From: Terriglobia bacterium
GTDB taxonomy: Bacteria; Acidobacteriota; Terriglobia; 20CM-2-55-15
NCBI GenBank assembly: GCA_965198225.1
Contig: CBDAOY010000006.1
Span: 928,001-992,000 of the forward strand
Reading direction: 5' to 3'
Length of the DNA stretch: 64,000 nt
Shown: in pieces, positions 38,133-47,654 of the stretch
How positions within the stretch are numbered: the stretch's first letter is position 1
Layout of the letters: each line of letters opens with the position of its first letter
Notes under the pieces: generated by a model
What the model was told of the DNA's origin: nothing
Database searches by the model: none
The model's input: the letters and a program-made list of their open reading frames with translations, nothing else
Made by a program: the position numbers and the translations under genes

Positions 38133-38202
38133 GTGTAGGTGCGCTCTATGAGCGCACATGGTTTCGGTTCGAAGAGTGTGCGGTCATAGACCGCACCTAC
38201 AC
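38133..38202. repeat. REPIN between convergent genes
   Basis: Both arms intact; its TAG is the stop codon of 38197..38478. Confidence 0.88.
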
Positions 38203-38478
38203 CTCCGTCTCTTCACGGTCCAGCTTCTCCATCATACGCATCCGCCCGTTGCCGCCGCTTCCTCTCCATCGACCCAAGAATCCACCGAACAGAATGCGGC
38301 TTAGAAGCAGGAGTCCCAGCGCTTGCCAGAAGCTGATTGCCGGCAGCCCGAACAGTGCCGGCATCAGCCAGTTCCAAAGAGCCCAGAGGGCAACGCCGTA
38401 CACGGCAATGAACAGCAGCGTGAACAGCGCGAACTTCAGGAATTTGTTCTTACGTTCCAGCATCCGCCTGCCGATCAT
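38197..38478 (-). CDS. Small membrane protein
   Basis: LWNWLMPALFGLPAISFWQALGLLLLSRILFGG conserved-hypothetical motif. Confidence 0.7.
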   Translation of the reverse strand: MIGRRMLERKNKFLKFALFTLLFIAVYGVALWALWNWLMPALFGLPAISFWQALGLLLLSRILFGGFLGRWRGSGGNGRMRMMEKLDREETEV

Positions 38479-38515
38479 GGCACCGGCACCCGTTCCTTCA
38501 GTTATTCAAACCAGA
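38475..38515 (-). pseudogene. 3'-end scar of a deleted Ser/Thr kinase-propeller gene
   Basis: Reads WFE*LKERVPVP*, matching the C-termini at 54921 (WFEELKERVPVP) and 44494. Confidence 0.7.
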
Positions 38516-38540
38516 CGGCCTTGCACGTCGGAGGAGAGCT

Positions 38541-38804
38541 TCAACGGTCACCGGATTGGCGCCTACCGCTGGTTCCGCCAAGGCGGCGACCAGGATACGC
38601 CCCGGCTCTGTCGTCGCCACCTTCCTTCCGTTTGGCTCCCGCGGCGGCTGTTTCGATGTCGCCGGCTTCGAGGAGTTTAACCAGCAGTGGGTGCTCGAGA
38701 GCTTTTGGCGACACCTGCCCGGTCTTCCCGGGTCCGAGAAACAGTCTTTTCCCGCCGGGCAGGGGAAGGCTAATAGGTTTTTGAGTCTTGTTGGTGATGT
38801 CCAT
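38541..38804 (-). CDS. Small hypothetical protein
   Basis: 87-aa ORF with ATG just downstream of the PanE-like gene. Confidence 0.55.
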   Translation of the reverse strand: MDITNKTQKPISLPLPGGKRLFLGPGKTGQVSPKALEHPLLVKLLEAGDIETAAAGAKRKEGGDDRAGAYPGRRLGGTSGRRQSGDR

Positions 38805-38848
38805 GGGTTTTTTTGACAGAACTTATCGTCCGCTGAAGGGGTTGCCGT

Positions 38849-39910
38849 TCAGTTGGCCGCACGGTTTTTCCCCAGACGCTGATCCACCAGGGTGACGATC
38901 TCGTCTACCGTGTCGGACTGGAGTCCTTGTTGCTGAGCGATTTGCCGAACGAGGCAATCGACCCGTTCGATGTGTCTTGCACCGCCGAAGAGCGCACGTG
39001 CCGCAGAAGAAGGCTTGGCCAGCCCCTCGGCGGCTTTTGCGTACTTCTCGAAGGGCACCATGTCGGCATCCGTCGCTCCCAGCCGAGTGCACAGTTTCCG
39101 AGCCCAATCGTAGACTTCCCGTGACGCCTTGACGTTACCGTGCACCGCCTCCTTGATGGGGATCAGGTCGTCGGGCCCGATACACCGGTAGTTTCCCGCG
39201 AGCAACATCGGCCACTTGGCCAGCGGCACGAAGATGGAATCGTGCACCTTGAGCTTTACTGGAACTTCAATGGCGCCATCGCCGGGATCGAATCGGACTG
39301 CCTCGATGTCGGCCTGGAGGTTTTTGAGCATCGCCGTGTGTGTTTCAGATTCGAACCGCGCCGCCTTGAAATTCGTGGGCAACCCAACATGGAGAATGTT
39401 CTTCGGCTCGGCCGGCGGGCGGAACGCCTGGGGGTCGGGACTCGCCAGCGTGACCAGCCCTGGCTCGAAGCCTTCCCAAACGCCGGGATCGGTGTAGCAC
39501 TGGGTCAGGGCGCCGGTCGAAAGCCCCGGAATACGCTGGAGGTACGGCAAAGGAGGCATGTTCATGATCGCCAGGCACGGCACGCGCGCTGCCGCGACAC
39601 GTCCCATCAGCTCCCGGACGCCATCCGCGCCGTACTGCGCTTCCTGCATGCCCAGCACGACCAGGTCGAAGTCGCCCGGGTCGACCGTGTCTGGCGCGCT
39701 GGCGGAAAGCTCGCCTTCGAGCCCATTTGAGGAGATCTCGACCGGCGTTTCCCGCCCACGGATCGGAAAGCGCACCACGGTCCCGTCACGGTTTATCAAT
39801 TCGGCGGTGGGCCTGGTGCAAACCAAAGTCACCGGGTGTCCCGCTAACAGCAACTTGGTGCCGAACAACGAGCCGTATGAGGCCCCGAGAATCAGTACGT
39901 TGTATTTCAC
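38849..39910 (-). CDS. Ketopantoate-reductase-like Rossmann-fold protein (frc-associated)
   Basis: N-terminal VLILGASYGSL dinucleotide-binding motif; 17-bp gap after frc. Confidence 0.65.
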   Translation of the reverse strand: MKYNVLILGASYGSLFGTKLLLAGHPVTLVCTRPTAELINRDGTVVRFPIRGRETPVEISSNGLEGELSASAPDTVDPGDFDLVVLGMQEAQYGADGVRELMGRVAAARVPCLAIMNMPPLPYLQRIPGLSTGALTQCYTDPGVWEGFEPGLVTLASPDPQAFRPPAEPKNILHVGLPTNFKAARFESETHTAMLKNLQADIEAVRFDPGDGAIEVPVKLKVHDSIFVPLAKWPMLLAGNYRCIGPDDLIPIKEAVHGNVKASREVYDWARKLCTRLGATDADMVPFEKYAKAAEGLAKPSSAARALFGGARHIERVDCLVRQIAQQQGLQSDTVDEIVTLVDQRLGKNRAAN

Positions 39911-39927
39911 TGTTTCATCGCGCCGCG

Positions 39928-41175
39928 TCAGATCGCACCCTGCTCACGCGCAATCTCGATCTCATTGTCATCGAGGCCAACGACGGTCTTGAGGATCTCT
40001 TCGGTATGTTCGCCCAGGAGCGGCGAGCGTGCGACCTCAGGAGCCGAATCCGACAGCTTGATCGGGTTGCCGACCGTCAAGTACTTGCCGCGTTCCGGGT
40101 GATCGACCTCAACAACCGTGCCGGTCTGGCGCAGTGATTCCTCATTGGCCAGCTCTTTCATGGACAGAATCGGGCCGCATGGTACGTTCAGCGGATTGAG
40201 GATTTCCATGACTTCCATCTTGCCCTTGGTCAAGGTCCACTTCTCGATTTCCGCGAACACCTGGTCCAACTTAGGGAGCCGCGCCTCGGGGGTGTTCCAT
40301 TCCGGATCCTCGAGCCAATCCTCGCGGCCGATGGCCTTGGCCAGCGCGGGGAACGCCGCCGTCTGGGTGATCACGTAGATGTAGCTGTCCGGATCGGTCT
40401 CCCACCCCTTGCACTTGACGATCCAGCCCGGGTGGCCGCCACCGGAGGCGTTGCCGGCACGCGGCACGGCATCGCCGAACTCGCCGTTCGGATATTGCGG
40501 ATACTCCTTGAGCGGGCCGTGCGCGATCCGCTGTTGGTCACGGAGCTTCACGCGACAGAGGTTGAGGACGGCATCTTGCATGGCGCATTCCACGCGCTGG
40601 CCCCTACCGCTCTTCTCACGCTGGAATAGGGCGGCAAGGATGCCCGCCACCAGGTGAATGCCGGAGCCGGAATCGCCGATCTGTGCGCCGGTAACCGTCG
40701 GGAAACCGTCGAGCTCCCCGGTAGTCGAAGCTGCCCCGCCGGTGCACTGGGCAATGTTCTCATACACCTTGCAATCCTCGTAAGCACCGGGACCGAATCC
40801 CTTGACCGAGGCGTAGATCATGCGCGGATTGATCCGCTGGATCTTCTCCCAGGGGAAGCCCATGCGATCGATTGCACCGGGCGCGAAGTTCTCCACCATC
40901 ACGTCGCACTCTTCGATCAACCTGGCAAAAATCTTGTTGCCCGCTTCGGTCTTGGGATTCAGTGTGACGCTACGCTTGTTGGCGTTGAGCATGGTGAAGT
41001 AGAGGCTGTCCACATCCGGAATGTCGCGCAATTGGGCGCGTGTCGGGTCTCCGGGGCCCGGCCGTTCGATCTTGATGACGTCGGCGCCGAACCACGCCAG
41101 GATCTGCGTGCAGGTCGGTCCCGCCTGCACATGGGTCATATCGAGGATACGGACACCGTCCAGAGCTTTTCCCAT
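39928..41175 (-). CDS. frc: Formyl-CoA transferase
   Basis: CaiB/BaiF family with Frc-specific motifs [54 protein letters not shown]. Confidence 0.9.
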   Translation of the reverse strand: MGKALDGVRILDMTHVQAGPTCTQILAWFGADVIKIERPGPGDPTRAQLRDIPDVDSLYFTMLNANKRSVTLNPKTEAGNKIFARLIEECDVMVENFAPGAIDRMGFPWEKIQRINPRMIYASVKGFGPGAYEDCKVYENIAQCTGGAASTTGELDGFPTVTGAQIGDSGSGIHLVAGILAALFQREKSGRGQRVECAMQDAVLNLCRVKLRDQQRIAHGPLKEYPQYPNGEFGDAVPRAGNASGGGHPGWIVKCKGWETDPDSYIYVITQTAAFPALAKAIGREDWLEDPEWNTPEARLPKLDQVFAEIEKWTLTKGKMEVMEILNPLNVPCGPILSMKELANEESLRQTGTVVEVDHPERGKYLTVGNPIKLSDSAPEVARSPLLGEHTEEILKTVVGLDDNEIEIAREQGAI

Positions 41176-41580
41176 GATTCTCCTATTCTTCAACCGGGGT
41201 CACCGCGAGTCCTGCGACGCGTTCGGCTCCGGTCCGGCGTCAACTTTTCGAGCCGGCTCTTGAACTACCCGAAAAGGTCCCTCACTCGTGGGACAAGCAA
41301 GATGGTAAAGGCGATTCCACTCAGCACGGTGAAAACGACGAAAGTAAACCAACTGAACGCGCGGCGAAAACCGACGGATACAGCGCTTTATCTTCTCGCG
41401 GAATCCTTGTGAAGCAATAGTACAAATTCAAAAAAAGATTTCTCGACTGCGGAAATCGATACGGATGTGGATGAGGCCGACCTGGCCGGTGTTGCAGAAA
41501 GTCCTTGGTAGCAGAAGCGAGTCTCAGAGCAGATAAGGAACGCCCATGGAAAGAGCCCTGTAGTCCCCGACACCCGAGCG

Positions 41581-41973
41581 TCAGCCCGCCTCCCAGTCCC
41601 GCTTCAGCATCGAGTAGACCGTGAGGTCGAGATAACGATCGTTGACCCATTCCGCCTCGCGCCAGATGCCCTCGAATTCGAACCCCAAACGCTCGGCGAC
41701 GGCCCGGCTCTTCGTGTGCGCATCTTCGTCCCAAACAGTTCGAGGAGAAGGGCATTTTGGAGAAGCCCGTGTCCTAACTCAGGTGTAGGTGCGGTCTATG
41801 ACCGCACACTCTTCGAACCGAAACACGTGTGCGAGCGCACCTACACCCGATCCCAAGGTTTTCCGCAGGTAGTCACGGTTGCTATCGATCAGGGCGAAGA
41901 TCTCCCGAGCGTCTTCGGGTTGTACCCCTGCCAGGACAATGCCGTCGCCGATGTCGAGTGTGTCGAACGCCAT
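41581..41973 (-). pseudogene. RimJ/RimL-type GNAT acetyltransferase with its core replaced by a REPIN
   Basis: N-term MAFDTLDIGDG...FALIDSNRDYLR (41973-41847); C-term [19 protein letters not shown]...YSMLKRDW* (41716-41581). Confidence 0.75.
41783..41846. repeat. REPIN, second arm partly deleted
   Basis: gtgtaggtgcggtctatgaccgcac-actcttcgaaccgaaacac-gtgtgcgagcgcacctacac. Confidence 0.82.
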
Positions 41974-42177
41974 ACTTCTCACCAAGTGGTTGGCTCGCCA
42001 GGGCGGCTACATGGACATCTATTCGATCAGCCTCGGTGGCTATCTCTTCCTCATGTGCCTCTTGACGGTCTTCGTCCTGCGGCGAACGAGTCCGCGAGAA
42101 CAGACATTGAGTTAAGGGTAAGGTCGAACCCCGCTGACCCTCGGGGTCCGCGGCGGTGTGGGTTGGGTCATTTCCTG

Positions 42178-43527
42178 GAGCTACCCTCAAAAGGTGTGTA
42201 AATAGCATAGGCGGTGATTATCCTTCCGGGTGAAATAAAAACCCGGGCGGAAGAGCCCGAAAGGAAGGAGTCACACCGCCATGAGCAAGAAGAACATTGA
42301 TCGAAGTGTGGAGTCAAGAGTCTGCTTTGAACAGCTGGAAGAGTGGGTGCGAGAGCAGATCCAGTTTTACGTACAGGAACTGTTGGAGGATGAAGTGACA
42401 CAGCTGCTGGGACGAAGAAAGAATGAGCGTCGCCGAGAAGTGGACGCACCCGGGGGCTATCGCAACGGCTACGGTAAGGAGCGGCGACTGACGCTGAGTT
42501 GCGGAACGATCAAGCTGCGGCGTCCCCGAGTGCGGGATCTGGAAGAGCGTTTTGAGAGCCGGGTCTTGCCGCTGTTTGCCAAGCGGACGCAAGAGGTACG
42601 AGACTTGATTCCAGAACTCTATTTGCATGGTCTGGCCGAGGGGGATTTCGATCTGGCCTTAAGAGGGCTTTTAGGGGAAGAAGCGCCGCTGTCCCCCAGC
42701 ACCGTAGCCCGGTTGAAGGAGAAGTGGCAGGGAGAAATGGAGGCCTGGCAAAGCCGTCGGCTGGACGATCTGGAAGTGGTGTATCTGTGGGCAGACGGTG
42801 TGTACATCAAAGCAGGGCTGGAGAAGGAAAAGGCCGTGATCCTGGTAGTGATCGCCGCTTTAAGTGATGGCACTAAAGTGGTGGTGTCGGTCAGTAGTGG
42901 TTATCGAGAATCGACCCAGAGCTGGTCCGAAGTGCTGAGGGATCTCAAAGAGCGGGGGATGAACCCACCGAGACTGGTGATGGCTGACGGGCATCTGGGG
43001 ATCTGGGGAGCGTTGCGCAACGTTTTCCCAGAAGCCGACGAGCAGAGATGCTGGAATCATCGCATCGTCAACTTGCTGGCTAAGATCCCCAAGGGTCGGC
43101 ACAAAGCGGCGTTGTTGATGTTGCGGCAGATCCCTTATGCAGAAACACGGCAGGAAGCCGAGCAAGTCAAAGGACGATTCCAACATTGGTGTGGCAAGAG
43201 AGGACTGGAGGCTGCGGCTGATCTGATCGACCTCTGCGACTGCGAACCGATGCCTCTCGAAGGTTCAAGACTCGGATGGCGCATCAGTCGCGGTGGCCAT
43301 CGTCAGTGGCAGTACCATCTGGTTCGCCGGCGAATTGCTCGACCAGGTGGGCGCCGTCAACTGGAAGATGCTGCTGGTCGCTGAGAAAAGATTTCGCCGT
43401 TTGAAGGCTCCGCACTTGATGAAGGATGTCTACCAAGGCGCCCAATATGTCAATGGAGTTCCAGTCAACCAAGTCACCGAGGAGAAAGCCGCCTGATGTC
43501 TATTTACACACTTATTGACGGAACCTC
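42178..43527 (+). mobile_element. IS256-family insertion sequence (damaged)
   Basis: Imperfect 28-bp terminal IRs (gagctaccctcaaaaggtgtgtaaatag / gaggttccgtcaataagtgtgtaaatag); 9-bp TSD CATTTCCTG at 42169-42177 and 43528-43536. Confidence 0.9.
42281..43496 (+). pseudogene. IS256 transposase, disrupted at ~43230-43355
   Basis: YRNGY, YLWADG, MADGHLG, QRCWNH motifs; the C-terminus WKMLLVAEKRFRRL is in another frame. Confidence 0.85.
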
Positions 43528-43545
43528 CATTTCCTGCGATCAGAG

Positions 43546-43944
43546 CTACTTTTCGTCAGAGGGTTCGTCCGCCATGATCGCAAGTGCCCGTTGTGAATCA
43601 TCTTCGTCCACGAGCAGTTGGACCTCCCGGCCAAACCCCAACGCCGGATCCGTGGTGCCGCAATCGTCGGAGTTTACAGTCGCAGGGATGCCATGTGCAG
43701 CTAAGACGCCGCGGAGGAGTTCTGCTTCGTGTCGCTGATTGAGACGGGCGACGACCACAGGGGAAGCGATCAAGTCGGATGGCGCATCAGTCGCGGATGG
43801 ATCGTCTGCAGTACCATCTGGTTCGCCGGCGAATTGCTCGACCAGGTGCGCGCCGCAACGAGGGCACTCGGTGACCCCCTGACGATACTCACCTCGTGTC
43901 CCGAGAACGGTCCAGTCCGGGCATTCGTCATTTGTGCAGATCAT
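43546..43944 (-). CDS. Zn-ribbon + DUF2007-like putative signal-transducing protein
   Basis: CTNDEC...EYRQG...CPRCG; EAELLRGVLAAHGIP...LLVDEDD. Confidence 0.7.
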   Translation of the reverse strand: MICTNDECPDWTVLGTRGEYRQGVTECPRCGAHLVEQFAGEPDGTADDPSATDAPSDLIASPVVVARLNQRHEAELLRGVLAAHGIPATVNSDDCGTTDPALGFGREVQLLVDEDDSQRALAIMADEPSDEK

Positions 43945-43997
43945 CGCGCCCTCTCCATTTTGGCGTTACGTCAGGCCCGCTCCTCTAGTAGTTCTTG

Positions 43998-44450
43998 CTA
44001 AACGCGGTCATAGTCGGCTTGCCAATCCTTCACGAGTCGCTTTATGACAGTCGGGTCCTGGATGTCTTCATTCAGAACCCTTTTCAGCAGTTCGGGCAAT
44101 TCATCATCGGAGGCGAAACGAAGTCCGACCAGTTGCTTGATAGTCAGATACTGAATGCTCCGTCGTTGTTCGGGCGGCAAGAGCCCCTCCAGCCGAATGC
44201 GCATCTCGGTCCTGATCATCCGGTCCTGCAGCGTTACTGCATAGCGGCGGACGAGCCCCAGTCCGATCAGGCTGCCAAGACCGTTCAACACCACCCCAAC
44301 GCCGATCAGATATGGCCCCGCCGTGTGTCCCAAGAACAGCAGCCCCAGGCCTGCTGAAATGACGCCAGCCAGCACCAACAGCGCCGCGGCAAACCAGGGC
44401 CTGGGCACGACGACATGATTCTCGAAGTTCTGGGGAGTTGGATCTGTCAC
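43998..44450 (-). CDS. DUF6526-like membrane protein
   Basis: QNFENH, two TM helices, LQDRMIRTEMRIR, QLVGLRFASDDEL, WQADYDRV. Confidence 0.7.
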   Translation of the reverse strand: MTDPTPQNFENHVVVPRPWFAAALLVLAGVISAGLGLLFLGHTAGPYLIGVGVVLNGLGSLIGLGLVRRYAVTLQDRMIRTEMRIRLEGLLPPEQRRSIQYLTIKQLVGLRFASDDELPELLKRVLNEDIQDPTVIKRLVKDWQADYDRV

Positions 44451-44493
44451 GATGTCCCCTTGACGAAAGCGTATTGGGATATGGTCGGGCCGA

Positions 44494-47304
44494 TCATGGC
44501 ACCGGCACCTGTTCCTTCAGTTCCTCGGACCAGTTCAGCACAACACGAAGCTTGGTCACTGGCTGTGGTTCAGGCTCATCGAACTGCGGCATCAAGAATC
44601 GTCTTCCGTCCAGCGCGACGTCGTAGGTTCGCGACGGGATGGTGCCATGGAAAGTGTGAATTTCGAAAAGCAAGCGTGGAACACCCACACTGAAGTCGGG
44701 GTTCGTCCTGATGTCGACGACCATCATCTCGTCGTCCAGCCCACGACGGAATCCTCTGGCCATGAAGGTCCGATAGAATAGTTCCGTTCCGTCGGGCGCC
44801 CAAGCCGGCGAATTCCCCCCACTCGTTGACACCAGGAACTTCGAACCAGGCCCGGGAAAAGGCCGAACATACACTTCGTATTGGCCGGTCTCGTTTGAAG
44901 CGTATGCCAGCCACTTGCCATCCGGTGAGAATGCGGGCCAGCCTTCCGAAAACGGTGTTTCTATAAACCGCTGTGGCTCGCTGGCACCATCCATTTGCAA
45001 GTACCAGATGTCGTTCGCCTCGACGAAGGCAAGCGTGCCGTCGCCCGACCACGACGTCGGCCTCTGTACGAGATCAGCCGTCGTAAGCAGCTCGGCGGTG
45101 TCGCTACCGTCGACGGACATCCAAGACAGACTCCGACCCCCAGCCGTTGAAGATGCAAAGGCTAAGCGCTGACCGTCCGGTGACCACACGGGATACGTAT
45201 TCTCGCCTTCAAACGTCAGCTGTCTGGCCGTGTTCCGCTGGAGGTCAAAGACGAAAATGTGTTCGGCGTCCGCAGCGGCGGCGAACCGACCATCGGGTGA
45301 AAGGCGAAGCCCTCGATAGCCGCCTTGAGGTGTAGGTATGACTTCGACGGCTCCCTGTCGGTCCACCCAGACGAGAGACGTAGACATTTCTGGATATCCT
45401 TCCCCTGGTACGAAAACCAGAGATCCAGAGGCGGACAAGTCGTAGTGTGAGACGCCGGTTTCCAACACGGGGTTTCCAGCATTGGTCGAATGCATGACAC
45501 CGTCAATTACCGGGACAGGAGCACCAGTAATCTCGAGCCCTTCCACATCGAATGGTGTAGCCACAACGCTGTTGCCACGTCTGTATAACAGGTGGCCGCT
45601 CGGAGAGTAGCGAGCGTCTGCCGCACCACCGTCGACGAGGATCTTACGTTCACCGTTGCGCAGTGACAACGCGACGATCTGAGCGTCTTCCCAGTTTCGA
45701 GCCAAAAGCACGGTGAACAGCACGGCGCTACCGGTCGGGAGGATCTCTGGGAGGAGATGCGCGGTCTCGCCTTTTTGCGGATCGGGGGCTGCGAGCTGTT
45801 CCGGGTCGCCGCCGTTTGCAGAAACCCGCCAAATGCCCCCACCGCGGTGCGAATACACAATGGTCTCATCCGGTCCCCAGCTGACGCCGTATGGCAACGG
45901 GGTCGCGGCCAGTGGGACCGGTAAGCCACCCTGAATGGAAACTTTTTGCAGTTGGCCTTCTGCCCAGAAGCCCACCCATTGCCCGTCAGGAGAAAAGAAA
46001 GGGCTGGCACCCTCTTCTGTACTTGGGATCGGTCGGGGCTCCGGTCGATCTAACTCACGTAGATACACCTGGGAGTTACCGTCAGCGTTCGCAGCACTGT
46101 AGACCAGGGTTCGACCGTCTGGCGACAGAGCTATGGCCTTGCGGCTGGGACGCTGCATTCCGAAGTACATCGGTTCAAAGGCGTGCCCACCCCACAGGTG
46201 CTGGCCCGGCTGCAGCTCAAGCGTCAGGCGAGTGACCACTGTCGTCGGAGCCGAGTTGAGATTCCAGAACACGATGCTCGCTACGAGCGTGGCCAAAACG
46301 GTCGCACCCAAGGCCACAGGGAAGGCTTTCCACCGTAAGGCCGTAGCGTGTGCCTCAGGAAAGCTGGCTGGCTGTGCGTCGAGCGTCCATTTCAACTGGA
46401 ACAGTAGGTCGCTCGACGACTGCCACCGATTATCTGGATCTTTTTCCATGCACCGCTTCACCGTTCTACCGAGAACTGGCGGCGACACGGGCTGAACGTC
46501 GGCAATCGGAGGTGGTTCACTCCCCATGATTGCGGTTATCAGGCTGACTTGACTCTTGCCGGTGAACGCCTTCGTCCCAGTGACCATCTCGTAGACCACA
46601 GCACCGAACGCGAAGATGTCCGTGCGGGCATCAGCTTCCTTGCCCTCTAACTGCTCCGGTGCCATGTATTGGAGCGTGCCGAGGATTGTGCCTTCGGCGG
46701 TCAACGTGGACTTCTGTTCGGAATACAGCCACCACGCTGGCTCTTCGCCGGCCACTTGGGGGCCGGCCGCATGCGGTGTTCCCGACTCTGTAGGCGCTTG
46801 CGATAGAGATTTTGGGTGATCAGGAACCGGTCGCAGTTTCGCCAACCCGAAGTCCAACAGCTTCGTCCCGGACTTCGTAAGCATGATGTTTCCGGGCTTC
46901 AGATCTCGGTGAACGACGCCCTGCCGATGGGCCTTGTCCAGGGCGTCGGCGATCTGGATGGCATATTCGAGAGCCTGATCGACCGGCAGCCGCCCTTTTT
47001 CCAACCGATGCTGGAGCGTCTCCCCCTCAACGTACTCCATGACGAGGTAGTGAATGCCGTCCTGTTCGCCGACGTCATGTAGCGTGCAGATGTGAGGGTG
47101 GTTCAAGCTGCTAACGGCACGGGCTTCACGCTCGAATCGTTCCTGGCGTTCGGGGTCGTCGGAGAGGTGTTCGGGAAGAACTTTGATGGCGACGGCGCGG
47201 TCCAGGCGGGTGTCGGTGGCGCGATACACTTCTCCCATACCGCCGGCACCGAGTTGATCGGCGATTTCGTATGGGCCCAAGCGCGTACCCGCGTTGAGGG
47301 ACAC
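44494..47304 (-). CDS. Ser/Thr protein kinase with TM helix and TolB-like propeller
   Basis: [31 protein letters not shown]; SPDG repeats; AGGAGG RBS before GTG. Confidence 0.92.
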   Translation of the reverse strand: MSLNAGTRLGPYEIADQLGAGGMGEVYRATDTRLDRAVAIKVLPEHLSDDPERQERFEREARAVSSLNHPHICTLHDVGEQDGIHYLVMEYVEGETLQHRLEKGRLPVDQALEYAIQIADALDKAHRQGVVHRDLKPGNIMLTKSGTKLLDFGLAKLRPVPDHPKSLSQAPTESGTPHAAGPQVAGEEPAWWLYSEQKSTLTAEGTILGTLQYMAPEQLEGKEADARTDIFAFGAVVYEMVTGTKAFTGKSQVSLITAIMGSEPPPIADVQPVSPPVLGRTVKRCMEKDPDNRWQSSSDLLFQLKWTLDAQPASFPEAHATALRWKAFPVALGATVLATLVASIVFWNLNSAPTTVVTRLTLELQPGQHLWGGHAFEPMYFGMQRPSRKAIALSPDGRTLVYSAANADGNSQVYLRELDRPEPRPIPSTEEGASPFFSPDGQWVGFWAEGQLQKVSIQGGLPVPLAATPLPYGVSWGPDETIVYSHRGGGIWRVSANGGDPEQLAAPDPQKGETAHLLPEILPTGSAVLFTVLLARNWEDAQIVALSLRNGERKILVDGGAADARYSPSGHLLYRRGNSVVATPFDVEGLEITGAPVPVIDGVMHSTNAGNPVLETGVSHYDLSASGSLVFVPGEGYPEMSTSLVWVDRQGAVEVIPTPQGGYRGLRLSPDGRFAAAADAEHIFVFDLQRNTARQLTFEGENTYPVWSPDGQRLAFASSTAGGRSLSWMSVDGSDTAELLTTADLVQRPTSWSGDGTLAFVEANDIWYLQMDGASEPQRFIETPFSEGWPAFSPDGKWLAYASNETGQYEVYVRPFPGPGSKFLVSTSGGNSPAWAPDGTELFYRTFMARGFRRGLDDEMMVVDIRTNPDFSVGVPRLLFEIHTFHGTIPSRTYDVALDGRRFLMPQFDEPEPQPVTKLRVVLNWSEELKEQVPVP

Positions 47305-47394
47305 TGGTTGCCTCCTGAAGAGGTGCGGTCATGGACCGCCCCAACGCCTCTGCTCAAAGACGCTCCGTCGTCCTGTCTGGGAAAACTTGGCTAA

Positions 47395-47423
47395 ATATTA
47401 AGTGAGTGGTGGGTTAGGGTCAA
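47395..47423 (-). promoter_or_regulatory. Sigma70-type promoter of the kinase gene
   Basis: TTGACC-17 bp-TAATAT; same layout at 60350-60378. Confidence 0.65.
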
Positions 47424-47592
47424 TGAAGTCGGCCTTCGACCTAGAAGAGTTGCCGCGACACTCAAGAGATCAACTCGAAGGCGGAAAGGTTCAGCGACGT
47501 CCTGCTCGTTTGAAGAAAGGGCGGCTGTAGAAGTCTAGAGAGAGGATAGAAACTACTGGGTCATCAGGGGCATCTGGGCACTGCGCATTCGT

Positions 47593-47621
47593 TTGACACC
47601 CCGCCCCACTGCCGATAGCAT
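47593..47621 (+). promoter_or_regulatory. Sigma70-type promoter
   Basis: TTGACA-17 bp-TAGCAT, duplicated at 50158-50186. Confidence 0.75.
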
Positions 47622-47654
47622 CCCCTCACCACCAATCCAACTGGAGGACACACC

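Noticed and set aside
43272-43859. DGR template/variable repeat pair
   Set aside because: Differences are indels rather than A-specific substitutions, and there is no reverse transcriptase in the window.
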